Assembly (NCBI GenBank): GCA_029287915.1
Contig: JARFQE010000096.1
Span: 3,238 to 67,237, forward strand
Reading direction: 5' to 3'
Length of the DNA: 64,000 bases
Source of the DNA: Arenicellales bacterium
GTDB taxonomy: Bacteria; Pseudomonadota; Gammaproteobacteria; BMS3Bbin11
Below the pieces are notes generated by a model that had not been told where the DNA came from, made no database searches, and saw only the letters and a program-made list of their open reading frames with translations. Below are positions 46,027 through 58,270 of the stretch, piece after piece; position 1 is the first letter of the stretch; the number at the start of each line of letters is the position of its first letter. The position numbers and the translations under genes are program-made.

Positions 46027-46653
46027 ATGGAAAACGGAGCAAAGATAGGCATCATCAGCGGTAGTCATCGCATAAATTCACAGAGTGAAAAGGTATCACG
46101 ATTTATAGAGACGAGCCTGAAAGGCAAAGATCAATGCAAAAACACCTGGTTATTCAAGCTTGCCGACAACCCATTGCCACTCTGGGATGAAGGCATCTGG
46201 GATAAGGAGCAGGTGTGGGAAGATCGTCTCAACCCCATTCGCGAAGAGCTTCGGTCCTGCGATGGACTGGTGGTTGTTTCTCCAGAATGGCATGGCCAGG
46301 TACCAGCAGGATTAAAGAACTTTTTCCTCATGATCAACCGCTTCGATGTTGGTCACAAGCCTGCAATGATAGTCACCGTCTCCTCTGCTGATGGCGGTGC
46401 CTATCCGGTTGCCGAGTTACGCATGAGCAGCTACAAGAACAATCGTATCTGTTATATCCCTGAACATGTCATTGTGCGTAATGTAGAGAGTGTATTGAAT
46501 GAAAATCCAGCAGATAATAATGAAGGCGCTGATAGTTATTTTCGTGAACGAATAAACTGGACGCTGGATGTTCTACTGGCTTATGCCGAGGCATTGAAAC
46601 CGCTAAGAGAGGCGGGGATTACTCTACATGATAAGTTTGGTAATGGTATGTAG
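46027..46653 (+). CDS. NAD(P)H-dependent FMN reductase family protein
   Basis: 'KIGIISGSHRINSQSEKV' and 'DGLVVVSPEWHG' are typical of flavodoxin-like NADPH-dependent FMN reductases. Confidence 0.85.
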   Translation: MENGAKIGIISGSHRINSQSEKVSRFIETSLKGKDQCKNTWLFKLADNPLPLWDEGIWDKEQVWEDRLNPIREELRSCDGLVVVSPEWHGQVPAGLKNFFLMINRFDVGHKPAMIVTVSSADGGAYPVAELRMSSYKNNRICYIPEHVIVRNVESVLNENPADNNEGADSYFRERINWTLDVLLAYAEALKPLREAGITLHDKFGNGM

Positions 46654-46726
46654 GTGGCACGTTCGACCATTATTGACGGCTAAACAAGCGAACTAGTATT
46701 CAACAGCATAAGGAAGCCTGAATCTC

Positions 46727-47764
46727 TTGACATCAAATGATTCCGTATCGGCCATAAAATGGCAAAACGATCACCTGTTGCTGCTGGACCAGCGACGGCT
46801 GCCGCATGAAGTCGTCTGGCTGCCTATCAACAATGCTACAGAAACGGCGGATGCTATTCGTGATATGGTCGTACGCGGCGCACCTGCAATCGGTATTACT
46901 GCTGCCTATGGTATCGTCATGGCAGCTAGAGAGCATTTTTTTCGATCACCTGAGGACTGGCTGTCAACGATCCAGTCAGATCTGGAGCTATTGCGCAAGG
47001 CAAGGCCGACCGCCGTCAATCTCGCCTGGGCCATTGACAGGATGAGTGGTTTATTCAATCGCATTGATGGTGACCCTGTAGCAATTTTGTTTGCTGAAGC
47101 CAAAGCCATCCATGAAGAAGACATTGCCGCCAATCGTCGCATGGGCGAACTGGGTGCTGAATTAATTACATCAGGCAATGGGGTACTGACACATTGTAAT
47201 GCTGGTAGCCTTGCAACCGGTGGTTATGGCACGGCGCTTGGTGTCATTCGTAGTGCCTGGCAGCAAAAGCGTATCAATGCTGTCTATGCCGATGAAACGC
47301 GTCCCTGGTTGCAGGGCGCCAGGTTGACCGCCTGGGAGCTGATGGAAGACGGAATACCGGCAAAGCTTGTGGTTGAAGGAGCGGCCTCCGCCCTGATGGC
47401 GAGCGACAGGATAGGCTGGGTCATAGTCGGCTCAGATCGTATCGCAGCCAATGGTGATGTTTGTAACAAGATAGGGACCTGCAATCTTGCCATAATCGCA
47501 CGGCACTATGGTGTTAAATTCATGGTTGTGGCACCGGTTTCAAGCTGTGATCCAAAAATGCCTTCGGGTCAGGATATCCCGATAGAGAGCCGTGATTCGA
47601 ATGAAATACTTTCATTGGGAGAGCAGCGGATTGCGGCGGCAAGCGCCACAGCCTGGAATCCGGTTTTCGATATCACCCCGGCCGCTCTTGTTGATGCACT
47701 AGTGACCGAGAAAGGAGTAATAAGGCAGCCAGATGCTGACAAGATGAGGGCGTTATGGAATTGA
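46727..47764 (+). CDS. mtnA: S-methyl-5-thioribose-1-phosphate isomerase
   Basis: 'VRGAPAIG', 'RPTAVNL', 'THCNAG.LAT..YGTALG' and '[16 protein letters not shown]' form the eIF2B-like MtnA signature. The start is TTG at 46727 or nearby. Confidence 0.9.
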   Translation: MTSNDSVSAIKWQNDHLLLLDQRRLPHEVVWLPINNATETADAIRDMVVRGAPAIGITAAYGIVMAAREHFFRSPEDWLSTIQSDLELLRKARPTAVNLAWAIDRMSGLFNRIDGDPVAILFAEAKAIHEEDIAANRRMGELGAELITSGNGVLTHCNAGSLATGGYGTALGVIRSAWQQKRINAVYADETRPWLQGARLTAWELMEDGIPAKLVVEGAASALMASDRIGWVIVGSDRIAANGDVCNKIGTCNLAIIARHYGVKFMVVAPVSSCDPKMPSGQDIPIESRDSNEILSLGEQRIAAASATAWNPVFDITPAALVDALVTEKGVIRQPDADKMRALWN

Positions 47765-47964
47765 GGCCGTGATGTGCGTCGATGGCTGCACAAGTTTATA
47801 TTTATTTATAATAAGACAGGATGACTAATTATTGCGAGTTTCCTGTGTAAACTTCTTTGTTTTATTTTCTTTCAGGCAGCTGTACCCGTAATTTGAATAC
47901 CTTGCCAACGGGGAGACCCAGCACAACAGGAAACCACTATTACGAGTTGAGTTCTGGCACCTGG

Positions 47965-48444
47965 TTAATTCTGGGCCACACCGTCTGACGGACAGTTTTC
48001 ATTGACCTCGATCATCCAGCGAACCACAGCCATTCGCGTCACCACACCGAGATATTCGCCTTCATTGGCGACAAACAGATAGCTGCAATTGTTCTTCTCC
48101 ATAATAGCAATTGCCCTGAGTAGGGTTGAATCTGGTTTAATCGAATAGAATTTTGGAATTACATATGGGTCTACCACCTGACACAATACTTCCCTGGCCT
48201 TGGCTTCAGCATCCTCAATACAGGTCAGCTTGTCACTGAGCACATAGGCGAGTTCAACCATGTACTCAGGAAGGCATGAACGTTTCAGCGTATCTCTGAT
48301 ACTGATCCGGCCTTCGAGTTCACCATTCCTGTCCCGATACGGAATTGCGGGCACCTGGGCGTGAACACATTCCCTGAAGACATCTTTCACCAGCATCCCT
48401 TCTGTGGCGATAGTCGTTGGTATAGTAATATCTTCCACTTTCAT
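47965..48444 (-). CDS. CBS-pair domain protein
   Basis: Two CBS motifs (V.DVFRE….P….R.GELEGRISI.D; IKPDSTLLRAIAIMEKNNCSYLFV…G.YLGVVT) are present. AAAAGGCAG RBS is present. It lies immediately downstream of the permease gene. Confidence 0.85.
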   Translation of the reverse strand: MKVEDITIPTTIATEGMLVKDVFRECVHAQVPAIPYRDRNGELEGRISIRDTLKRSCLPEYMVELAYVLSDKLTCIEDAEAKAREVLCQVVDPYVIPKFYSIKPDSTLLRAIAIMEKNNCSYLFVANEGEYLGVVTRMAVVRWMIEVNENCPSDGVAQN

Positions 48445-48508
48445 CTCGACTGCCTTTTAAATTGGGTTCTCATTTCAACAAACGGCTTGCAGTTCATTTT
48501 GATACTCC

Positions 48509-49852
48509 CTACAGGTAGCGTAAATAAACATAGACTGAAGCGATGGCGACAGTCACCAGCATCATAGGGAACGCTACCAGCATGAAGTGCAGGAAATTGA
48601 TTCTGTGCCCCGCTCTTTCGGCGAAACCGGCGACAATCAAATTGGCACTGGCGCCGACCAGGGAACCATTGCCACCAAGACAGGCCCCCATTGCCAGTGA
48701 CCACCATAAAGGTAACAGCTGTTCTGAGCCGCCAAAGGCTGGTGCCATGCTCTTGATCAATGGAATCATAGTCGCAACAAAGGGTATGTTGTCAACAATT
48801 GCTGAGAATATGGCCGAGCTCCAGATGATTGTCATGGACGTCACCGCCATCTCTCCGCCAGTAAACTCGATCATATGCTCTGCCAGCACCTCTAATACCC
48901 CTGCACGCTCTATGCCGTGCACGAGAACAAACAGGCCAACGAAAAAGAAAATCGTAATCCACTCCACCTCACCAAAAATATGATGAACACGCTCTGACTG
49001 TTTATCCGCCCTGGAACGGATGTTCACCAACAGCAACAGGATAGCCGCACCAAAAAGGGCAATAGTGGCCGGTTCCAGCCCCAGTGGATGCGCCAGCACG
49101 AAACTCAGGATCACCAGCGCGAGGACAGACATCGATTTCTTGAGCAAGGGGATATCAGTAATTGCCTCACGCTCACGGAATGACAATATACGTTCCCTGT
49201 CTTCGTCCGTTGCTGTCAGCCCACGTCCCCAGATGACATAGATAATGATTAGTGTAACGGCAAGAATCAGCGGCATTACAGGTGCCATATTGAGTAGAAA
49301 ATCGTTGAAGCTCAGCCCTGCGGCTGAGCCGATCATGATATTTGGCGGGTCGCCGATCAGGGTTGCAGCACCGCCAATATTCGAGGATATGATTTCCGCA
49401 AACAGATAGGGATAGGGTGAAACTTTTAATTCCCCGGTTATCAGCAGGGTAACCGGTACGATCAACAGCACAGTAGTGACGTTATCCAGCAACGCAGAAA
49501 ATACAGCAGTGACCACCGACAGCATCAGCAGAATCGGCCATGGGCGTGCCGCTACCTTTTTGGCTGTCCAGATTGCAACAAACTGGAATACACCACAACG
49601 TCGTGTTATAGCGACAATGACCATCATACCTGTTAACAGGCCAAGGGTATTGAAATCAATACCACTGATTGCAGCTTCCTGATTCAGTACACCGAGCACA
49701 ACCATAAGGGCGGCTCCCAGACCTGCAACGATGGCACGGTTAACCTTATCGCTGATAATGACAAGATAAGTTGATACGAACAGAACGATGGAAACCCAGA
49801 ACGGGTCTAAACCGAAAACTACGTTTGATACTGCATGACTGTTCTCTATCAC
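48509..49852 (-). CDS. ArsB/NhaD-superfamily anion permease
   Basis: The protein is 447 aa with about 11-12 TM segments. Characteristic 'LLDNVTTVLL' and 'AIVDNIPFVATMIP' permease-repeat motifs are present. GTG start. Confidence 0.8.
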   Translation of the reverse strand: MIENSHAVSNVVFGLDPFWVSIVLFVSTYLVIISDKVNRAIVAGLGAALMVVLGVLNQEAAISGIDFNTLGLLTGMMVIVAITRRCGVFQFVAIWTAKKVAARPWPILLMLSVVTAVFSALLDNVTTVLLIVPVTLLITGELKVSPYPYLFAEIISSNIGGAATLIGDPPNIMIGSAAGLSFNDFLLNMAPVMPLILAVTLIIIYVIWGRGLTATDEDRERILSFREREAITDIPLLKKSMSVLALVILSFVLAHPLGLEPATIALFGAAILLLLVNIRSRADKQSERVHHIFGEVEWITIFFFVGLFVLVHGIERAGVLEVLAEHMIEFTGGEMAVTSMTIIWSSAIFSAIVDNIPFVATMIPLIKSMAPAFGGSEQLLPLWWSLAMGACLGGNGSLVGASANLIVAGFAERAGHRINFLHFMLVAFPMMLVTVAIASVYVYLRYL

Positions 49853-50106
49853 GTATTCATTACCTGAACCTGATGATGTAACGGTAGTCTCAAGAGGATG
49901 ACCTGTTATTCGAAGGGGAAACTTTCATGCATAGTACTTATCGAACTGCAAAGCTTCAACAAAAAGAATTACGATTATATGGCTGAATATAAGTCAACAG
50001 GCATTTTTAACATTTCGTGCATGAAGATGCAGATGTCAACAATTGCATATTGATGTAGATTATTGAACCACTAAATACATCGAATTACTCATCAACCTGC
50101 TCCTGA

Positions 50107-51066
<960 letters not shown>

Positions 51067-51185
51067 AAAAGTTTCAACTTACAGATTGGATGGTTTTGGG
51101 GTTTCCAAAAACTCTGTGTTCTCTGTCAGCTCTGTGTTAAATATAAGACGTTTAATGAACAGCAGTAATTGAAGGAGTTTGTACA

Positions 51186-52040
51186 ATGAAATGGCGAGGT
51201 GGACGACGCAGCACAAATGTAGAAGACCGTCGCGGCCAGCAACCACGTGGCAGAGGTCTCAAGCTTGGCGGTGGGGCAACTATTGCAGTAATTGTAATAG
51301 GTCTTCTGCTGGGTGCTGACCCGATGCAGATGCTGAATATGCTTGGTAACACTGACTCTGCCAGCACTGGCAGCCAGAGCAGCCAGCCGGTTCCAAAGAA
51401 TGATGAGCAGGCACAGTTTGTTTCAGTTGTACTGGCTGATACCGAGGATGTCTGGAATAAATTATTTACCAATAGTGGAGAACGCTATCGTGAACCGGGG
51501 CTGGTGCTGTTTACCGGCTACGTGCGTTCTGCCTGTGGCATGCAGTCTTCAGCAACCGGCCCGTTCTACTGCCCGGGTGACAGCAAGGTTTATATCGATC
51601 TTGGCTTCTATCGTCAGCTAGCACAAATGGGTGGTGCCGGCGATTTTGCCCGCGCCTATGTCATCGGTCATGAGGTAGGGCATCATGTACAGAATCTACT
51701 GGGTACTTCCGCTGAGGTTCAGAAAAAAAGTCGTTCATCAAGTAAGGCTGTCGCCAATGCCCTGTCTGTGCTGCAGGAGTTACAGGCAGACTGCTATGCC
51801 GGGGTATGGGCTCATCATGCTGAACAGGATCGAAATCTTCTGGAAGAGGGGGATGTCGAAGAAGGTCTTGCTGCTGCCGCCGCCATTGGCGATGATGCCC
51901 TGCAGAAAGGCGCAGGACGGCCTGTAAGACCTGATGCATTTACCCATGGTTCATCAGAGCAGCGTGTTAAATGGTTGAAGCGTGGACTGCGTAGTGGGCG
52001 CGCTGACCTGTGTAATACTTTTGCAGAGGCTTCTCTTTAA
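51186..52040 (+). CDS. ypfJ: YpfJ-family predicted neutral zinc metallopeptidase
   Basis: It is colinear with E. coli YpfJ (NVEDRR; GPFYCP.D..VYIDL.FY; GDFA.AYVI.HEVGHHVQ.LLG; LELQADC.AGVW; FTHG.S.QR..W.KRG; CNTF). AAGGAG RBS is present. Confidence 0.85.
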   Translation: MKWRGGRRSTNVEDRRGQQPRGRGLKLGGGATIAVIVIGLLLGADPMQMLNMLGNTDSASTGSQSSQPVPKNDEQAQFVSVVLADTEDVWNKLFTNSGERYREPGLVLFTGYVRSACGMQSSATGPFYCPGDSKVYIDLGFYRQLAQMGGAGDFARAYVIGHEVGHHVQNLLGTSAEVQKKSRSSSKAVANALSVLQELQADCYAGVWAHHAEQDRNLLEEGDVEEGLAAAAAIGDDALQKGAGRPVRPDAFTHGSSEQRVKWLKRGLRSGRADLCNTFAEASL

Positions 52041-52531
52041 AATCCTTACAAACTCGATTGAAGATTTGACTGGATTTCATTAACCGCACTACGAGGTGTT
52101 TTTTTTTGCACCATTACAGTAGCTAAACGTTGCGATGCTGAATTCGTTTAATTATTAGGAATAAAGCTTGATTTTGAGAATTTTAAGCGACTCAGGCTTT
52201 ATCCGTTGGCACTGCATTTCAGATATTACGCCAGCGCATAGATGCTGATGTTTTGTCCAGTAGCAGTGAACAATATAGCGCTAGGGGTAATCAGTCATTG
52301 CAATCAGTCCTTTTGGTCTCTGCACTAATAGATTGGCCACAGCTGTCTGCATTGGTGAGCAGAGTCTTCAGTTCCTGCAGCAGTAGCTGCTGCTTGATGC
52401 GGCGTTCAATCCGCAGCAGGATGAGATAGTTGTGGACTATGTGCAAGCCTGGCCTTCAAAAATGTAGAGAACTGAGGGACAATGCAATAATTGCTTCTTT
52501 TTGCGGCTTTTCGACTACTGGATGAAAAATT

Positions 52532-55252
52532 ATGAGAACATTGCTCAAATACACAGGCTATTTGTTTGCGGCACTGATCACTTTACTGCTTGCTGCGGTG
52601 ATTATCCTGAGACTCATTCCCGACACGCAATACAAAGACTGGATCACCACCGCTGTACAGTCAGCAACCGGGCGGGATTTTTCCATTGAAGCACTGGAAG
52701 TGGATCTCGGCACTGCCTTGCGCGTCAGGGCAGATAATGTGCGGCTGGCCAATGCCGACTGGGCAGAACAGAATGACATGCTGCTGGTCAATCGACTAGA
52801 AGCAGATATCGGCCTGTTGGCGCTGCTTGGCGGCAAAGCAGATGTCCGTGCAGTGATAGAACAGGCAGAGGTGCTGGCTGAAAATAATGCTGAAGGCATC
52901 AGTAACTGGGCAATGGGTACCGCTGAACCGGAACAAGAGGCAGGGGAAGCCGTTGATGAAGATCACGAATTCTCAGGTTTGCCGCTGCAGCCCATAATCC
53001 GTGAGATTCGTATCGATGACTTCAAGTTAACGCAGGTGACAGAACCCGGCGCAACGGCAAAAGTCAGCCATCTGAAGCAACTGCTGATCGAAACACCGGA
53101 AAAAGATACCACGCTCACGCTTTCTGCCGACTATGACGGTCACCCAATCGAAGTGTCAGCTAATCTTGGCAATATGCAACAGTTTCTGAATAAAGCGAGT
53201 GAACCGGTTCAGTTAAAGGGTGATATAGCTGGCAATATTGTCAATATGTCCGGCAACTGGGGGCCATTATTCCCTAAGCAGACAATGAATATCGATCTTG
53301 ACATGAAGATCCCGGGCACTGCCGAGCTGGCAGAATTAGCCGGCTTAACAATAGAAGAATTCGAACCAATTCTTATAACAGCGAAACTTGTCGGTGACGG
53401 TGATTCGTTATCAGTAAATCCGATTGTTATCGACTTAAGTGATCGCACTGCTGAGGTGAAAATAAATGGGTCAATCGACGATCTAACAAGCATGGATGGC
53501 ATCAAGATGACTACGGATGCTAATACAGAAAGCCTGGAACTACTGCTTAAACAACTCCATGTTGAAGTGCCCTTTGCACTGCCTCCTGAAATAATGCTGA
53601 GTGCACAGATCAGCGGCGGGCTCAAAGATCTCGCTCTGAGTGAGCTTGTCATTGAGTCCAGAGACGAAGGCATGGAGATGAAAGCCACCGCTTCCATTGG
53701 TGATTTGCTAAAGCTGAAAACAATCGACCTACAGCTGGACGGCACCATCGACTCCCTTTCCCGTTTATCTCGGTATGCACAAACGGAACTGCCAGAAACT
53801 GAGCCGATCAAGTTAAATGGCACTCTGAAAGAAAACACCTCTGAACAATATAATTACATTCTTCATGCTGAGACCGGGGCTGCCAATATTGATATTAATG
53901 GCTCACTTGAGGGTCTGGCGGTACCGGAAAAATTAGAACTAGGCATATCGATAAAGGCAGCAAACCTGACTGATTTTAATAATCTCGCGCAGACAGAACT
54001 CCCTGATCAGGGGCCGCTTGACATCAGTGCAAAGCTACAACTTCAGAAAAAAAATATTGCAGTAAATGATCTAAAAGTATCACTTAAAGATCAATCAGCA
54101 GACGGCAACCTGGCCCTTAAACTGCCTGAAAATGATGATCAACCTACTGAACTAAATGGCAGGCTTGACATCTCTTTGCTCGACCTGACTTTCCTTTTTC
54201 CAGAAACAGCAGAATTACCGGCTGAGGGTGAATCTCCTGCTCCTGCTGCAGAAGCTGCACCAGAGGAAGAAGAAAAAACCGAAAAAGCTGAAACCGAAAA
54301 AAGCAGCACTGATGAAGCCTCCTCGTCAGACCGGCTATTTTCTGCTGAGCCCATTCTCACTAAACAGCTGCGCGCTTATGATATTGACCTTGCCGTTAAT
54401 GCACGCGAAATAAAATTCCAAAAGTCTGATCTGAAAGATGTTCAATTCGTTGTCAAACTCAAAGACGGCCTGCTCATTGCCGATCCGATTCAAGGCGCAG
54501 GTGGAGCCGGAAAAATCAAAGGTGTTATCCGTATCGATGGCCAAACTGAAGTTCCTGAAATGGATGTGGATATCAACATAGTTGAAGTTCCGATGCCAAA
54601 TCTCGGCGGTAAACTTGATTTCGACGTAGATCTTGTTGGCAAAGGCAAGTCTGTTGCTGAATTGATGGGAAGCCTGAACGGACAAATGCTACTGGTAATG
54701 CGTGATGGGAAAATTGAAGGCGCGCTGGTGCAAAAATTTGGCTCAGGCCTGCTTTCATTTGCCAAAGAAAAAGGTTACACAGAGCTGGAATGCGGCACTG
54801 TGCGTGTCGATGTTAAAGATGGTGTCGCCAACTTTGATAACAGACTGGCAGCTCAACTCACCGAAGTCACATGGCGGGGAGGTGGTCAGATTAATCTGAA
54901 AACGGAAGAACTCGGTATTGGTATTGCGGCAAAGCCCCGTAAAGGCATTCCCATTAGCATATCCGGTGAGCTCTCGAGTCTGGTATATATCGGTGGCACA
55001 CTGAAGAATCCTAAGGTAGGACTCAACCCTAAAGATGTCGCCGTTAAATACGCCAAATACTCCGCCTATGTAGCGACTGGCGGACTCAGTTATCTGGCAG
55101 AATTAGTCAAGGACAAAATCGATGCCAACAGGGACGTCTGTGCGTTAATTCTCGACGGGACTGTCTTTGAGGAAATGGATAAAGAAGCAGAAAAGGCAGA
55201 GAAGAAGGCCAAGAAGGATGCAGAAAAAGCGGAAAAGGAAAAGAGCAAGTAG
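52532..55252 (+). CDS. AsmA-family protein (N-terminal anchor, long beta-rich periplasmic region, K/A/E-rich tail)
   Basis: The N-terminus 'YLFAALITLLLAAVIILRLIPDTQYKDWITTAVQSATGRDFSIEALEVDLG' resembles the AsmA N-terminal region. The protein is 906 aa with acidic and lysine-rich low-complexity segments. Confidence 0.75.
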   Translation: MRTLLKYTGYLFAALITLLLAAVIILRLIPDTQYKDWITTAVQSATGRDFSIEALEVDLGTALRVRADNVRLANADWAEQNDMLLVNRLEADIGLLALLGGKADVRAVIEQAEVLAENNAEGISNWAMGTAEPEQEAGEAVDEDHEFSGLPLQPIIREIRIDDFKLTQVTEPGATAKVSHLKQLLIETPEKDTTLTLSADYDGHPIEVSANLGNMQQFLNKASEPVQLKGDIAGNIVNMSGNWGPLFPKQTMNIDLDMKIPGTAELAELAGLTIEEFEPILITAKLVGDGDSLSVNPIVIDLSDRTAEVKINGSIDDLTSMDGIKMTTDANTESLELLLKQLHVEVPFALPPEIMLSAQISGGLKDLALSELVIESRDEGMEMKATASIGDLLKLKTIDLQLDGTIDSLSRLSRYAQTELPETEPIKLNGTLKENTSEQYNYILHAETGAANIDINGSLEGLAVPEKLELGISIKAANLTDFNNLAQTELPDQGPLDISAKLQLQKKNIAVNDLKVSLKDQSADGNLALKLPENDDQPTELNGRLDISLLDLTFLFPETAELPAEGESPAPAAEAAPEEEEKTEKAETEKSSTDEASSSDRLFSAEPILTKQLRAYDIDLAVNAREIKFQKSDLKDVQFVVKLKDGLLIADPIQGAGGAGKIKGVIRIDGQTEVPEMDVDINIVEVPMPNLGGKLDFDVDLVGKGKSVAELMGSLNGQMLLVMRDGKIEGALVQKFGSGLLSFAKEKGYTELECGTVRVDVKDGVANFDNRLAAQLTEVTWRGGGQINLKTEELGIGIAAKPRKGIPISISGELSSLVYIGGTLKNPKVGLNPKDVAVKYAKYSAYVATGGLSYLAELVKDKIDANRDVCALILDGTVFEEMDKEAEKAEKKAKKDAEKAEKEKSK

Positions 55253-55443
55253 GATAGATTTGAAAGTGTGTGTAGCAAATGACGGTGTTATTTACAGAAT
55301 ATCATTAGACAGGGACAAGTCTGTATAAGTGAATATGTACCAGCCAGTATTTTCCAGGATGGGCTCTACCTCAATGATGTTACTCATATTGATTCGTTGG
55401 AATATTAAGTCTGTAACTCCGTGTTAGGTTCCAGGTAAGTGTT

Positions 55444-58251
55444 ATGGCACAGTTGAATTATCCCTTGTTAGTAAAAACACTAATCATACTGCTTCTGTTA
55501 GAGGTCATTTATCTGATAGTGATAAATCTGGCACTGAGCCTGCCGGTGACACAGAAACTGATCAACCAGATCAAACCGGAAAAGTTCCAGGTTTCCTGGG
55601 AAAGTGCGAGAAGCTGGTACCCGTTTCGTGTTCATGCCAGTGGCGTTTCTGCCAACGGCCAGACGCGGAAGCAGCAGTGGCAGGTGAACTCCCCCGAGGC
55701 TTCGGCCTCGATCAACCTGTTTTCGTTGCTGTGGAAGTCAGTCAATCTATCCAATATCGATGCTACCGACGTCGATTTCCGTCTGCGCCCGCGACCACGC
55801 GAAGACAAGGATTATTCAAAGATCCAGCCCTACTTCGCGCCGATCGAAAACCGCGAACTGGAGACCAAGCCACCCCAGCTACCGCCGTTGAAGAAGAAGC
55901 GGCCATGGGATATTTCAATTGACGGTATCAGTGCAACCGGTAAACACCGCGTCTGGGTCTACCAGATGCAGGCGGTGCTGGAAGGTGAGCTCGAAGCAGA
56001 CATGGATGTGCAGACCCGTGGCGGTCCTTTCTCCCTCGACGACGGCTATGTCGATGCGAAGCTCGAATCCCTGCTACTCAATGGCAACAGGGAGGTCGTA
56101 CGTAACGGCCATATAAAGGGGACGCTGGAATTCGAAGAATTCCGACCGAGGGAGAACAAGGGCATCAAGTCGCTGGGTTATCTCACCGCCGAACTTGACG
56201 TGAATGCAGAGACAGAAAGTCTCGCCTTTCTCAATATCTACCTCGAAGGTTTTCATGGCATGAAAGTGGCAGGCAAGGGCGAACTGGATGGGCACGTGCG
56301 CTACCAGCAAGGAAAACTGAATGCGGAAAGTAATCTTTTCATCCGTGCCTCGGAACTCGATGTCGATATCTTCGGTTACAGCGCAAGGGGTGATGGTGAG
56401 ATCAAAATAATAGTAAAGAAAGATGAACCGGAAGAAATGCACTTCGGTATCACATTCGGTGTGCTCGATGGCGTGGATGCTGAAACGGATGAGGTGATGT
56501 TCACCGGTGACGGGATGACCTTCGCTGGTATCAGCACAACACAGGTGCTGCCTGTACGAGGCAAAACGCTACAGGCGACTAAACTCTCGGTCATGCTGCC
56601 ATCGGTCAAGGTGCCTGACCTGGCACTCTATCAGCGCTTCATACCACCGTTCTGGCCAATGTCGCTTTATGGTGGGGAGGGCGAGCTGCAGGGTAGGGGT
56701 GAGTTGACGCAAAAAGGATTAGCTTTTGACCAGAGACTGACATCCACCGGTGCGGATATCGGAATCAAGGACTATCAATTTACCACTGACCTGGACATGG
56801 TATTTAAATTGGATGGTCTGAACCTGTACGAGACTGGCATGGATGTGTCCGGGAGTTATGTAAGGCTCTCGGAGACACGCATCAGCAGTGACGAGGCTGG
56901 AAAGTCAGCGCCGACAGAGGCATCGATCGAAATCGAGCAGGGCAAGCTGAAGCTGGCATTTCCCGAAGAGGGCATCACCAATGAAACACGACTGCGCGAC
57001 CTGTTGCAGATCATGCAGAGCAAGGGCTACAAGACATTGCTGGATACAGAAAGCGAGAAGATTATCATACGCGGCAATGTCTCGAACCTCGGCTGGCTGA
57101 ATGTACTGCTGAAGAACAAGTTTGATATGGCCTTCCGGGGTGCCGGCAGCATCAGTGCGGACGTGGTATTCGATGACGGCTGGCTGGCACCGGGGACGGC
57201 ACTCAGGGTGCTGCCGAAAAGTCTGGCGGTCGAAATTCTCGATTATGTCGCCGAGGGCAGTAGCAAGGGCCATCTTGTGCTTGCCGTGGAAAAAGGTGGT
57301 GAAAATCCGGACATGAGCCTTGACCTGAAAATGGTGGATGCATCGTTCAGAAGCAAGGACGAGGAAAAGGCCTTCGTTGAAGGCACCGATATCCTGTTCA
57401 AGGCCAATGCACGGAACATGTCTTACGACGGCCCGACAGAAGAGCTTGATCTGCACCTGCAGATCCCCTCGGCCCAGGTCAAGGACATGTCTGTTTATAA
57501 TAATTACCTGCCGCCTAACTCGCCGTTGCAGATCATCGATGGACAGGCGGAACTTCGTGCAGATGTGATGCTAAAGCCTGAAGACGCTGATGGCTACGTA
57601 AAACTTGTTTCAACCGGTATGCATGCGCTGGTCGATGACCAGGAAGTTGAGGCGGAACTTGTTGCCGATATAAAACTCGTTGATGGTGTGCCGCGCAACA
57701 TGGATTTTGATATCACCGGTTCATTACTGCAGATACGGAATGTGGTTGTATCTGGAGGCGAGAAGAATTTTGATGATGATATGTGGGGTATCACGCTCAG
57801 TCTCGATAAGGCGCGTGCAAAGTGGAAAAAGCCGGTCGGTCTCGATCTGAAGGCCAGCATCAATATGACCGATTCAAGACCCTTCGTCGCGATGATGGCC
57901 AACCAAAAAGGCAAACATAGCTGGCTCGGCAAGGCGCTAACTGTCGATGATGTCCATGGTGAAGCAACAGTGAATGTCAAGGACCATAATCTTGTCATCC
58001 CGCTGGCCTATGTCAGCAGTGAAAAGATTGGTGTCGGGGCCAAGGGATTGATCAATGCCGATGTGCGTGAAGGGATCATCTATGTCCGTTTCAAAAAACT
58101 CGATGGTGTTTTGAAGATGCGCAATGGCAAGCGGAACCTGGATCTTCTGAAAGCGAGAAAGACCTTTGACGAATATTCCCCCGGCCAAACCAGTCTCGAT
58201 ACGGCAGCTAGAAACAAAAAGAAAAAAGACGCTGCAAGTCAAACTAAATAA
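55444..58251 (+). CDS. Large (935 aa) N-terminally membrane-anchored hypothetical protein, first gene of the pqi-containing operon. Architecture resembles an AsmA/TamB-like bridge protein, but no family was confirmed.
   Basis: AGGTAAG RBS is present. There is a single N-terminal TM segment (LLVKTLIILLLLEVIYLIVINLAL), then about 900 aa of non-repetitive, beta-strand-like sequence, then a basic tail. Confidence 0.6.
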   Translation: MAQLNYPLLVKTLIILLLLEVIYLIVINLALSLPVTQKLINQIKPEKFQVSWESARSWYPFRVHASGVSANGQTRKQQWQVNSPEASASINLFSLLWKSVNLSNIDATDVDFRLRPRPREDKDYSKIQPYFAPIENRELETKPPQLPPLKKKRPWDISIDGISATGKHRVWVYQMQAVLEGELEADMDVQTRGGPFSLDDGYVDAKLESLLLNGNREVVRNGHIKGTLEFEEFRPRENKGIKSLGYLTAELDVNAETESLAFLNIYLEGFHGMKVAGKGELDGHVRYQQGKLNAESNLFIRASELDVDIFGYSARGDGEIKIIVKKDEPEEMHFGITFGVLDGVDAETDEVMFTGDGMTFAGISTTQVLPVRGKTLQATKLSVMLPSVKVPDLALYQRFIPPFWPMSLYGGEGELQGRGELTQKGLAFDQRLTSTGADIGIKDYQFTTDLDMVFKLDGLNLYETGMDVSGSYVRLSETRISSDEAGKSAPTEASIEIEQGKLKLAFPEEGITNETRLRDLLQIMQSKGYKTLLDTESEKIIIRGNVSNLGWLNVLLKNKFDMAFRGAGSISADVVFDDGWLAPGTALRVLPKSLAVEILDYVAEGSSKGHLVLAVEKGGENPDMSLDLKMVDASFRSKDEEKAFVEGTDILFKANARNMSYDGPTEELDLHLQIPSAQVKDMSVYNNYLPPNSPLQIIDGQAELRADVMLKPEDADGYVKLVSTGMHALVDDQEVEAELVADIKLVDGVPRNMDFDITGSLLQIRNVVVSGGEKNFDDDMWGITLSLDKARAKWKKPVGLDLKASINMTDSRPFVAMMANQKGKHSWLGKALTVDDVHGEATVNVKDHNLVIPLAYVSSEKIGVGAKGLINADVREGIIYVRFKKLDGVLKMRNGKRNLDLLKARKTFDEYSPGQTSLDTAARNKKKKDAASQTK

Positions 58252-58270
58252 CAGAACAACAGGATAAATC

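Noticed and set aside
45832-46068. 78-aa minus-strand ORF in the slyD/FMN-reductase intergenic region
   Set aside because: It has no RBS, AT-rich hydrophobic composition, and overlaps the FMN-reductase start, so it is likely non-coding.
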